Assembly (NCBI GenBank): GCA_964360975.1
Contig: CAYHYY010000004.1
Span: forward strand, 1-36,212
DNA length: 36,212 bases
Source: an uncultured Candidatus Saccharibacteria bacterium
GTDB lineage: Bacteria > Patescibacteriota > Minisyncoccia > Phycocordibacterales > Phycocordibacteraceae
Direction: 5' to 3'
Positions 29,001-35,807 of this stretch are shown here, piece by piece (within the stretch, counting starts at the first letter, position 1; every line of letters starts with the position of its first letter). Made by a program: the position numbers and the translations under genes. The notes beneath the pieces were generated by a model. That model was not told the origin of the DNA. It saw only the letters and a list, made by a program, of their open reading frames with translations, and searched no databases.

Positions 29001-29214
29001 CTATTTTTGGCTCACCGACTTCAAACGAAACAAACTCGAGCTCAAATTTTTTCTTTGAGTAATCAATAATTGGAGAAAACTCTTTGAAGAGGCTCGTGAG
29101 CCCATCGGAGATAAAAGTGCGGAAACTGGCAACCTGCGGCGCCACCAAATCTGGCATCGGCACATGTGCCTCGCGGAATTTCTTGAAGCTTTTTTTCGTG
29201 GGTTGATGGGGCAT
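26023..29214 (-). CDS. rpoB: DNA-directed RNA polymerase subunit beta
   Basis: 1063-aa ORF. Beta-subunit hallmarks include LAGRHGNKGVISR and GGQRFGEMEVWAL. Ends 12 nt upstream of rpoC. Confidence 0.97.
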   Translation of the reverse strand: MPHQPTKKSFKKFREAHVPMPDLVAPQVASFRTFISDGLTSLFKEFSPIIDYSKKKFELEFVSFEVGEPKIDEYGAKENKQTYDAPLKAQVRLVNKAMGTKKEQSIFLADFPIMTDTGTFIINGVERVIVPQLARSFGVFFSTGEVRGKRVFGAKIIPSRGAWIEIESEPDGAIFVKIDRKRKFPATTLLRILGATFDRDLLTLFERVPGGKAALQATLDKDSAKTVEQAYIEIYRRLRDGDLATPDTAREYVKGIFSPDRYDLSYPGRHRFNQRFKRSMDKTELERRVLNMDDIVLIVSHIIELNGMPDAEGDDIDHLGFRRVRQVGELLEARVRVGLSRMKRNIQDKMSTIDVETTLPTQLVNPRPLAAAIKEFFTANQLSQLAAQQNILDELENLRTVSALGPGGLTRERAGFEVRDVHTSHYGRLCPIQTPEGQNIGLILRLATYARINEFGLIETPYAKVLKGKVTKDVVYLNAFEEEQSPIAHAAVAMKENGELIGDYIEARLKGEPVLAARDDVAYIDIATNQMFSIATSMIPFVENDDANRALMGSNMQKQATPCVIPEVPIVATGIEEMAARDTGRLLYAKEAGVVTKVDARSITVKDDKGKSHEYTLQPFTMTNEFSCFNHRPSVSLNQKVKRGDLLADTSSTARGQLALGQNVRVAFMSWSGANYEDAIILSERLVQQNKFSTIHIEEFDVSVRDTKLGPEVTTPDIPNVSETKLRNLDEEGVVRIGAEVRPGDILVGKVTPKGETQLSPEERLLRSIFGDKAKDVKDTSLRMEGGKRGRVIGVKVFSRERGDTLESGTIKKIYITVAQLRNVSVGDKLAGRHGNKGVISRVLPAEDMPYTEDGEPIDVILTPLGVPSRMNLGQILEMHLGLAANELGYQAIVPPFAGATEAEIRGELKEAGFSERGTMTLFDGRTGEKFEQDIAVGYMYILKLHHMVEDKIHMRSIGPYSLITQQPLGGKAQNGGQRFGEMEVWALLGYGAAYTLREMLTIKSDDIQGRSAAFDAIVKKRHIENAHTPAAFNVLVNHLRGLCLDVILGKEGGDDFTSSRKR

Positions 29215-29331
29215 TTTAAATAGCGATATGCAGAGACACGCACAAAAGCGCGCTCCGCCCTTCTAAGAGGCTATTAAATTTTAGTATCAAATCCCACCAG
29301 GTCAAAACTCAATCTATAAAGTGGTACCGAA

Positions 29332-29360
29332 AGTATAGCCCCTCAGGTTACAGGCGTCAA
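29332..29360 (-). promoter_or_regulatory. sigma70 consensus-like promoter of rpoBC
   Basis: Minus strand: TTGACG (29360-29355), 17-nt spacer, TATACT (29337-29332). Leaves a leader of about 115 nt before the rpoB ATG. Confidence 0.55.
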
Positions 29361-29409
29361 GGCATTATCCCCTGCCCCTGAACAGGAGCCCATAGTTGAA
29401 CCTGACAGT

Positions 29410-29430
29410 CCTCAAGGCGACGCCTTGAGG
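29410..29430. other. perfect 10-bp hairpin downstream of trmD
   Basis: CCTCAAGGCG-a-CGCCTTGAGG with no U-tract. Possible terminator or processing site between trmD and the rpoB promoter. Confidence 0.35.
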
Positions 29431-29474
29431 AGATACTCGCTTGCCCTCACTACAGAATTGGTTCCTAAGCCGCC

Positions 29475-30125
29475 CTATCTACCCCCGTGCTTCCATTTTT
29501 TCCAATCCTCAATCTTCTGGTGATGACCGGATAAGAGCACTTTAGGAACTCGATACTTCTTCCCCTTCCATTTCAAAATTTCTGGACGCGTATAAACCTC
29601 TGAGGATGAGACGCGCTCCTCTTCGATTGAATCAAATCTGCCGAGAACGCCGGGAATCTGTCGAGAAACAGCGTCAATAACTATCATCGCTGGAAGTTCT
29701 CCGCCAGTCAGTGTATAAGGTCCGACTGAAATCTTCTTTGCCTTCAGAATTTTCTGGACACGTGCATCAATGCCTTCGTAGTGGCCGCAGATGAAAACTA
29801 TGTCTTTCGCTTTTTTGGCAAGTTGTCTTGCGTCAGTGTTCGTAAATTGCTTACCAGAGCGATCAAAAAAATAGATCTCTGCCTTTTTCTTGCCGACTGC
29901 TTTTTGGACTGCCTTCAGTATCGCTGCCGCTTCTAAAACCATGCCGGGTCCGCCCCCATAGGGGCGCTGATCGACCCGCTGCCACTTATTTTTCGTGAAA
30001 TGGCGCGGATTATAGAATTTGACCCATATTTTCTTGTCACGAATTGCCCGTCCGATGATGGACGAATGTATAGGCGACTGAAAAGACTCGGGGAAAAGTG
30101 TAATGACGTGGTACGTGATGTTCAT
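29475..30125 (-). CDS. trmD: tRNA (guanine37-N1)-methyltransferase
   Basis: 216-aa ORF. TrmD hallmark RPYGGGPGMVL plus a SPOUT-type C-terminal region. A TATAAT box (30158-30153) and GGAAGGA lie upstream. Confidence 0.95.
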   Translation of the reverse strand: MNITYHVITLFPESFQSPIHSSIIGRAIRDKKIWVKFYNPRHFTKNKWQRVDQRPYGGGPGMVLEAAAILKAVQKAVGKKKAEIYFFDRSGKQFTNTDARQLAKKAKDIVFICGHYEGIDARVQKILKAKKISVGPYTLTGGELPAMIVIDAVSRQIPGVLGRFDSIEEERVSSSEVYTRPEILKWKGKKYRVPKVLLSGHHQKIEDWKKWKHGGR

Positions 30126-30207
30126 ATGTTTGTTCTCTATCCTTCCTCGCGCATTATAAACGCGATCAGTGATGATTATTTTCTCATCGCGGGTCTATAC
30201 AAATAAA

Positions 30208-30528
30208 TCAAATGACTGCAATAGCAACGCCAATTCCTACAGCAGTAAGTGCGAACATGATTCCTCTCCAACTCTTTCGAACTAACTTTAATAAAGAACC
30301 CCTTGTTGCCAATGTCTCGTCGGCAGCAACAAGCATGCGTATTTTGGTTTCTGTCAGTCGTCTGCCAGAGGTGTAAACGGTCCGGGGTCGTATCTGAAAT
30401 GATGAAGGATTCCATTCTTCTGCGCTCAGTGTCTCAATACGGCCGGATCCTAAATCTGCCATGGACTTTGCAAACGGCTCTCTCACGCGAAATCGCATCA
30501 TTCCGGATTCTTTTCCATTTTCACTCAT
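30208..30528 (-). CDS. 106-aa hypothetical tail-anchored membrane protein
   Basis: Has a consensus promoter immediately upstream. Single C-terminal TM helix (IMFALTAVGIGVAIAVI). Occupies the position where rimM normally sits. Confidence 0.5.
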   Translation of the reverse strand: MSENGKESGMMRFRVREPFAKSMADLGSGRIETLSAEEWNPSSFQIRPRTVYTSGRRLTETKIRMLVAADETLATRGSLLKLVRKSWRGIMFALTAVGIGVAIAVI

Positions 30529-30536
30529 CAGTTAAC

Positions 30537-30564
30537 ATTATACCTTTCTATTTTCCTATGTCAA
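30537..30564 (-). promoter_or_regulatory. consensus sigma70 promoter, near-leaderless
   Basis: Minus strand: TTGACA (30564-30559), 16-nt spacer, TATAAT (30542-30537), then 8 nt to ATG 30528. Confidence 0.6.
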
Positions 30565-30580
30565 CGTAATCCAATGGCCA

Positions 30581-30624
30581 TTAACGACCTCCGATGTCGT
30601 TATAACGACATCGGAGGTCGTTAA
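30581..30624. repeat. 44-nt perfect palindrome
   Basis: TTAACGACCTCCGATGTCGTTA | TAACGACATCGGAGGTCGTTAA, with 22-nt arms and no spacer. Lies 16 nt upstream of the -35 box at 30564. Confidence 0.9.
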
Positions 30625-30641
30625 TTTATTGATTGGTTGAG

Positions 30642-30730
30642 CGCAGGATGATGCGGACGCCAGAACTCCCCGCCCCTCTCTGGGGCGGGGAGTTCGATAG
30701 TCCGGGGGACTGTCGAACGGGCGACGTTTT
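30642..30730 (+). repeat. structured mosaic repeat, copy 2 (Y core only)
   Basis: CGCA-GGATGA-TGCG at 30642-30655. P1 at 30668-30690 is CCCCGCCCC-tctct-GGGGCGGGG. P2 at 30692-30718 is identical to copy 1. GGGCGAC at 30719-30725. Sense strand is opposite to the surrounding genes. Confidence 0.6.
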
Positions 30731-30736
30731 TACACT

Positions 30737-30764
30737 AAAAGCCCCCGCAATAGCGGGGGCTTTT
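30737..30764. terminator. bidirectional intrinsic terminator downstream of the KH-domain gene
   Basis: AAAA, then GCCCCCGC-AATA-GCGGGGGC (8-bp GC stem), then TTTT. Confidence 0.75.
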
Positions 30765-30782
30765 AGCTCATCTAACTTTAAT

Positions 30783-31157
30783 TTAGAGCTTCAGATCCTC
30801 AAGTGCTTCGTCAACGCTTCTCGATGCGGCTCCTTGCTGTGGCTCATACCGCTCTTCGCGCGGCGCGCTTGATGTCATTCCCATTGAACCTCCCATCGGA
30901 CGCGTACTTCCTGCTGGTTCATTGATCTTCAAATTGACGCGAGCATTGTTCTTCATGCCAACGACGCGAAGGAGGATGCGGATGGCCTTTGCAGTGTTTC
31001 CTGAGCGCCCGATGACCTTGCCCATGTCAGCCGGATTTACATCGAGGGTAAGGAGCACGCCCATCTCATCTACCTGTCTGTTAACTTTAACGTCTGACGG
31101 GTTGTCTACCAACATCTTGACTACATACTCGAGAAATTCCTGGTCAGTATTCTGCAT
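30783..31157 (-). CDS. KH-domain RNA-binding protein (KhpA/YlqC-like) with extended C-terminus
   Basis: 124-aa ORF. KH GxxG loop GKVIGRSGNTAKAIR. Conserved position downstream of rpsP. Confidence 0.85.
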   Translation of the reverse strand: MQNTDQEFLEYVVKMLVDNPSDVKVNRQVDEMGVLLTLDVNPADMGKVIGRSGNTAKAIRILLRVVGMKNNARVNLKINEPAGSTRPMGGSMGMTSSAPREERYEPQQGAASRSVDEALEDLKL

Positions 31158-31348
31158 AACGGGATATTAAATTATAAGGCTTCGCCTTTCTGGCTTCCTC
31201 GGCTCGGGAAAGCAATTTAGGAAACTTGCATTCCTCTCGCTCCACGTCGCCAGCAGCGACAGCCGTCACAAATGTACCAAAAAATGAGCCGTCTTGCAAC
31301 GGGGTCATGCTGCCTTTGAGTCCTCTGCCGCTGAGGCCCCCCTGCCTT

Positions 31349-31714
31349 TTATACGGGAACTTCTTCCTGAGATGCACCAGCTTTCGCCTCAGCTGCTACA
31401 GGTGGCACCCCATCTTTTTTTGCTTCTTCTTCCTTCGCTGGAGGATGCTTCTTGCCGAGTACGTTTACCTTCTTTCCTTCTATGACGCCTTTCGTAATAA
31501 GAAGATTGTTGACTGTCCCCGAAATTTCAGCGCCCTTAGAAATCCAATGCTTTACAGAATCTGCATCGATAACCGTATGCTTGGTCTTTGGATTATACGA
31601 GCCAAGAACCTGGAGTGGATTCCCCGCCTTCGGGCTTCGCGCTTTCTCAAGGACAACGATGCGAAATGCCGGGTCGTTCTTACGTCCAGTGCGCTGAAAA
31701 CGAATAGTGAGCAT
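31349..31714 (-). CDS. rpsP: 30S ribosomal protein S16 with charged C-terminal extension
   Basis: ORF 31349-31978 trimmed to M89 (ATG 31714). MLTIRFQRTGRKNDPAFRIVV is the canonical S16 N-terminus; the sequence upstream of it is translated repeat DNA. Confidence 0.9.
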   Translation of the reverse strand: MLTIRFQRTGRKNDPAFRIVVLEKARSPKAGNPLQVLGSYNPKTKHTVIDADSVKHWISKGAEISGTVNNLLITKGVIEGKKVNVLGKKHPPAKEEEAKKDGVPPVAAEAKAGASQEEVPV

Positions 31715-31721
31715 GCGGCAA

Positions 31722-31750
31722 AGACTAACAGGAAAGCCACGAAACGTAAA
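31722..31750 (-). promoter_or_regulatory. putative rpsP promoter, leaderless geometry
   Basis: Minus strand: TTTACG (31750-31745), 17-nt spacer, TGtTAGTCT (-10 at 31727-31722), then 7 nt to ATG 31714. Confidence 0.45.
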
Positions 31751-31786
31751 GGGGGCGCTCATTTTCATTTGCTCAAAGCGTAACCC

Positions 31787-31953
31787 ATAGTAAAACAAGC
31801 CGCCCGTTCGACAGTCCCCCGGACTATCGAACACCCCGCCCCAAAGGGGACGGGGTGTTGAGCGGGCGGCACCGGGGTGTTTTTCTAGGCAGAGAATCGG
31901 CCTCCGCCGATACTGGTTTACCCTCAATCCCCGCGGCATAGCCGCGGGGCATT
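31787..31953 (-). repeat. structured mosaic repeat, copy 3 (X module + Y core)
   Basis: Read on the minus strand. The X module has hairpins at 31949-31929 (9 bp) and 31911-31896. The Y core has P1 at 31855-31834 and P2 at 31832-31806, enclosed by a 7-bp closing stem GCCGCCC/GGGCGGC (31870-31864 with 31805-31799). Confidence 0.6.
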
Positions 31954-31999
31954 GAAACCTAGTAATGCGGCGCATCACTTGACGAGGTATAGTATTCTC

Positions 32000-33925
32000 G
32001 TGAAAAGATCCCCTCCTTCCCCAAGCGCACCATCAAAGCCCGGCCGAAAAACCGGGGTGCTTGATGTGACGCGGTCAGGCCGTGGATTCCTTCTCGACCC
32101 CGAGGGAGACATTCCTATTCCGCGAGAAGCACTCGGAGGCGCGCTTGCGGGAGACATTGTTGAAATAGCCCTTCGACAAGGAAGAGCTGAGACTATTGGA
32201 CGTGTAGTAAATATTCTCGAAAGAAAGACGGGGGCATTTGTAGGCACCCTCGTCAAGTCACCGATTGGCGTCGTTCTCAAGGCCGATAACCCGCGTGTCT
32301 ATTTTAATTTCTTGGTAGTCGGTTCCCCTGGTGCACCGGTCGGGCACAAAGCGGTCGTCGATGTTGTTGATTGGGACGGGAAGCCACCAAAGGTAAAAAT
32401 CCGAGAAGTGTTCGGACCAGCTGGCGATCACCATACCGAAATGAAGGCCATCGTGGCCGGCAAGGGTTTTGAAACGGAATTCCCCCATACAGTGATAGAA
32501 GAGGCAAAAAAACTCTACTCCTCTGGATTGACGACTGTAGAGATCGTGAATCGGAGAGATTTTAGAAGCACATTGACGCTCACCATTGACCCCGAGACGG
32601 CAAAAGATTTTGATGACGCAATTTCTTATAAGAAGCTCCCGGACGGCGCACTCGAGATAGGCGTTCACATTGCCGATGTGACCCACTTTGTGAGGCCGAG
32701 CTCTGCCCTCGACCAAGAAGCATTCAAGCGCGCCACCTCCATCTATCTCGTCGACCGAACCATCCCCATGCTCCCGCCACAGCTTTCTGAAGACCTTTGT
32801 TCCCTAAAGCCTGATGAAGATCGACTCGCCTTTTCCGCGGTATTTATCGTAATAAATGGAAAAGTCTCCGATAGCTGGTTTGGCAAATCTATCATCCGCT
32901 CCCAGAAGCGATTTACCTATGAAGACGCCGATGAGACCATAAAAAACCATACACTCCCCCTTCACCGTGAGCTTGCAGAGATTTGGAAATTCGCATCACA
33001 CCTTCGAAAAGAGCGCTTCAAATCCGGCGCCATAATGTTCGGCACTGACGAAGTAAAGCCGATCGTTGACGAAAAGGGCAACGTGACTGGTTTCAAGCGT
33101 ACTGAATACACCGAGTCCCACCAGCTCATTGAGGAATTAATGCTCCTCGCCAATCGCGAGGTCGCGGGCATGGTTTCAAAGCGTCTTGGGCGAAAGAGCC
33201 GCTTGTTTATCTATCGCATCCACGATGTGCCAAATGCCGAAAAAATTGATGAGCTTGCCATATTCTTGCGCGCGATTGGCTACCAACTGTCACTCTCGAA
33301 AAAAGGAGCTTCACAACAGGAGCTCAACAAAATTCTTTCTGAAGCGAAAGGGAAGCCCGAGGAAAAACTTATTACGACGGCGACTATTCGCTCAATGACG
33401 AAAGCGGTGTACACAACTAAAAACATCGGGCACTACGGACTCGCCTTCCAAGACTACGCGCACTTCACCTCCCCCATTCGGCGCTACCCCGACATCATGG
33501 TCCATCGAGCGCTCGCGGCGATACTTTCCGGCCAAAAAATTACTGAGAAACCTGAAGACTTAGAAAAAAAAGCTCTGCACGCTTCAGAGCGTGAGGTTGC
33601 AGCAGCAGAAGCAGAACGAGCCTCAATCAAGCTGAAACAGGTAGAGTTTTTCTCCAGGAAAATTGGTGAAGTCCGCAAAGGCATTATTTCAGGAGTAACC
33701 GAATGGGGACTTTACATTGAGGACAAAGAAACTGCTGCGGACGGTATGGTCCGCCTTACCTCTTTGACGGATGACACCTACGAGTACATTCCTAAAAAAT
33801 ACGCAGCGGTGGGTACCCGTACCAAAAATCAGTACCGCATGGGCGACCCCGTCACCTACCGCGTCGAAGCGGCGGATATTGAAGCGCGCACGCTCGATTT
33901 CTCGCTCATTCAGGGTCCCGCCTAA
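32000..33925 (+). CDS. rnr: ribonuclease R / exoribonuclease II family (RNB + S1 domains)
   Basis: ORF from TTG 31952 trimmed to GTG 32000, which lies 6 nt after TATAGT; the earlier start would overlap repeat copy 3. RNB motif DPETAKDFDDAIS. C-terminal S1-like RKGIISGVTEWGLYIE. Confidence 0.9.
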   Translation: MKRSPPSPSAPSKPGRKTGVLDVTRSGRGFLLDPEGDIPIPREALGGALAGDIVEIALRQGRAETIGRVVNILERKTGAFVGTLVKSPIGVVLKADNPRVYFNFLVVGSPGAPVGHKAVVDVVDWDGKPPKVKIREVFGPAGDHHTEMKAIVAGKGFETEFPHTVIEEAKKLYSSGLTTVEIVNRRDFRSTLTLTIDPETAKDFDDAISYKKLPDGALEIGVHIADVTHFVRPSSALDQEAFKRATSIYLVDRTIPMLPPQLSEDLCSLKPDEDRLAFSAVFIVINGKVSDSWFGKSIIRSQKRFTYEDADETIKNHTLPLHRELAEIWKFASHLRKERFKSGAIMFGTDEVKPIVDEKGNVTGFKRTEYTESHQLIEELMLLANREVAGMVSKRLGRKSRLFIYRIHDVPNAEKIDELAIFLRAIGYQLSLSKKGASQQELNKILSEAKGKPEEKLITTATIRSMTKAVYTTKNIGHYGLAFQDYAHFTSPIRRYPDIMVHRALAAILSGQKITEKPEDLEKKALHASEREVAAAEAERASIKLKQVEFFSRKIGEVRKGIISGVTEWGLYIEDKETAADGMVRLTSLTDDTYEYIPKKYAAVGTRTKNQYRMGDPVTYRVEAADIEARTLDFSLIQGPA

Positions 33926-34739
33926 CGGCAGGTCTGGTGAGAAACATCACTTCTTCGTTTAAGAACAGCGGTTTCATGCGGGAAGCAAAGAGCGCACAGC
34001 AGTCCTCAGAAACAGCAATATCAGGACCATTTCCTTGAGCAATCACAGTCCCCTTTACAATAAATTCATGATCTTCGAAGAGGCGGGTCAGAGAATAGGA
34101 TTCATCGGGAAACCGTACCGAGTCAAATACTTCATACTCTTCATACACTTGACTATCAAGATCAGGGTCCACGGCAAACATTCCGAGGTTCCCCAGTACA
34201 GCCTTGACGGTCGCTACTGCAGTTCGGAATGTTTCTGGATTCTCGTGAGAACCGGCCTCGATACCAACTCGTATGGCATCATTTTTACGCCTGCCGTACA
34301 AATGTGAAACTGGCTTTCCAATCTGGACCCTATCGATGTTAGTGATGACATTTTGTATCGGAATCCCGTTCACTATCGCTGACGGAAATTCGGTACCGAG
34401 TACAATAATCATGGGTTCTGACTCCTGTGCTGTGCTGTGTATATCGATACCAACATCAAATTGCTCATAGATATCTTCGAGTTCTTTTACTCGTACGACT
34501 TCATACGTAACACTCGATGCTTCTTCGAGCGCAGCTCGGGCGAGACGATTCATATTTGTATTTACAAAGCGCGTTTGCCTTGCTTCTTCTTCCGATTCTG
34601 CACCGAAGTATCGTTCTGCCGCTCGCGCATTGTTTAAGACAAGAAAGATGGAGCCCCGCAGAAGGCGTTTGTTGGGTAGAATGTGCTCAATAACATATTC
34701 GACTGCCGCAAGCCCAGCAGGTTCATCGCCGTGTGTCAT
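33906..34739 (-). CDS. succinylglutamate desuccinylase/aspartoacylase (AstE/AspA) family zinc hydrolase, N-terminus apparently frameshifted
   Basis: HGDEPAG zinc-ligand motif lies at the very start of the ORF. The same frame stays open upstream to 34928 (…GEPGPTLGITV-MTHGDE) but has no ATG/GTG/TTG. A plausible ATG at 34956 is in another frame. Confidence 0.75.
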   Translation of the reverse strand: MTHGDEPAGLAAVEYVIEHILPNKRLLRGSIFLVLNNARAAERYFGAESEEEARQTRFVNTNMNRLARAALEEASSVTYEVVRVKELEDIYEQFDVGIDIHSTAQESEPMIIVLGTEFPSAIVNGIPIQNVITNIDRVQIGKPVSHLYGRRKNDAIRVGIEAGSHENPETFRTAVATVKAVLGNLGMFAVDPDLDSQVYEEYEVFDSVRFPDESYSLTRLFEDHEFIVKGTVIAQGNGPDIAVSEDCCALFASRMKPLFLNEEVMFLTRPAVRRDPE

Positions 34740-35093
34740 GACGGTGATACCTAACGTGGGACCGGGCTCGCCACCTTCGACTTTAAGAACGCCAGATACT
34801 CCGTTATAGATCGACTCTGATATGCCTTTGAAGGTTGCGCGAAGTTTTTCGAACCGTTCACTCCTTCGAAATGATTCAAAGGAGTTACTTGCCTCGCCAA
34901 AGATACCCCAGTCGCGGGGCTGCGTCGTTCATCAAAGATATTGATTCAAATGACATAGTTAATTAATTACATAGTAAATGCAAAAAAACAGTATTGAAAA
35001 GGGCCTACGCCCATAGATAGCGTGAATTAAAAATGAACGTCGTAGTCTTCTTGCGATACTCAGAAGTACTATGAAAGATGGGGATTGCTAATT

Positions 35094-35240
35094 TCATTTT
35101 TTTGTACCGAGACATTTTCCTACAAGGCATGAATGACATGCATCTTTGCCCATCTGCGTTACGACGCCGGGGCACCATTTGCACTTCGTGCAGTGGCACG
35201 CGTAGTCACCCGAAAATTCCATTCGGTGCAGGATCTCCAT
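35094..35240 (-). CDS. possible 48-aa Cys-rich zinc-ribbon-like mini-protein
   Basis: Hand-translated: MEILHRMEFSGDYACHCTKCKWCPGVVTQMGKDACHSCLVGKCLGTKK. Contains CxxC-x11-CxxC plus 3 more Cys. The ATG lies 2 nt after the upstream ORF's stop. Confidence 0.35.
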   Translation of the reverse strand: MEILHRMEFSGDYACHCTKCKWCPGVVTQMGKDACHSCLVGKCLGTKK

Positions 35241-35242
35241 TG

Positions 35243-35413
35243 CTACTTGCCAGGGGGTGGAGGTGGAGGCGGAGGCTCAGGTCTTGGAGTCACAGGGTCT
35301 CCGAAACCACCGTCACCAGGCTTGTTTGGATTTGGAGGTCTACGATCGAAGGCGAGAATGTCTCGATGAGAAGACGAATACGCATTACGTAGATTTTCAA
35401 TACTTCGCGACAT
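35243..35413 (-). CDS. possible 56-aa Pro-rich mini-protein
   Basis: Hand-translated: MSRSIENLRNAYSSSHRDILAFDRRPPNPNKPGDGGFGDPVTPRPEPPPPPPPPGK. A GATAAT box (35427-35422) lies 8 nt upstream of the ATG, the same geometry seen at other genes here. Confidence 0.35.
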   Translation of the reverse strand: MSRSIENLRNAYSSSHRDILAFDRRPPNPNKPGDGGFGDPVTPRPEPPPPPPPPGK

Positions 35414-35807
35414 AACAAAAAATTATCGGGATGGTAATGGAGCTATTACGGTTATGTGAAAATCGGACGAGTATTACCTCGTCCAATAGAAGAAAGAGAA
35501 AAGCGACGCGGATGCGCTTTGTGCAAACTGTAATGTCTGCGTCGCTGACATAAAGATAATAATAGCAAATGACGCACGTCCGTCAAGCTACCCGGCATGT
35601 GTGCACACGTCAGTACACATATCAGAGCAACACGCTGACATTTTGGTAATGCGGACTGTTCAAGATGTTAGTGAGATATTAAGGCGGCCGTACGCACGGT
35701 ATCTGTTAGTGGCCAGATACTTCGCATGGGTTATCAAGGTCCCGCTCCCTCCTTCCATTGACGTACCGACAAGCGCATTGTGGTTCAAAATTCATTTTTT
35801 ATACCGA

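Noticed and set aside
22430-29062. Numerous plus-strand ORFs of 60-294 aa inside rpoC and rpoB (for example 28178-29062, 27209-27628, 25229-25603), and similar antisense ORFs in other genes (for example 31226-31783, 2916-3419, 16090-16446).
   Set aside because: They are antisense shadows of strongly supported conserved genes. They have low-complexity or Ser/Arg-rich composition and no independent signals.
31715-31978. An 88-codon N-terminal extension of the rpsP ORF (track ORF 31349-31978).
   Set aside because: The canonical S16 N-terminus MLTIRFQRTGRKN begins at 31714 with a -10 box 7 nt upstream. The extension is translated repeat copy 3.
33906-33925. A 20-nt convergent overlap between the rnr and AstE-family gene 3' ends.
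   Set aside because: Short convergent overlaps are common in compact genomes, and no associated structure or signal was seen.
35078-35392. Plus-strand ORFs 35078-35392 and 35133-35369 (poly-Gly) and minus-strand ORF 35005-35199, all overlapping the mini-ORF pair.
   Set aside because: They have no promoter or start context and arbitrary composition. The minus-strand Pro-rich/Cys-rich pair has a -10 box, stop-start coupling and a coherent CxxC pattern. This remains uncertain and needs comparative data.
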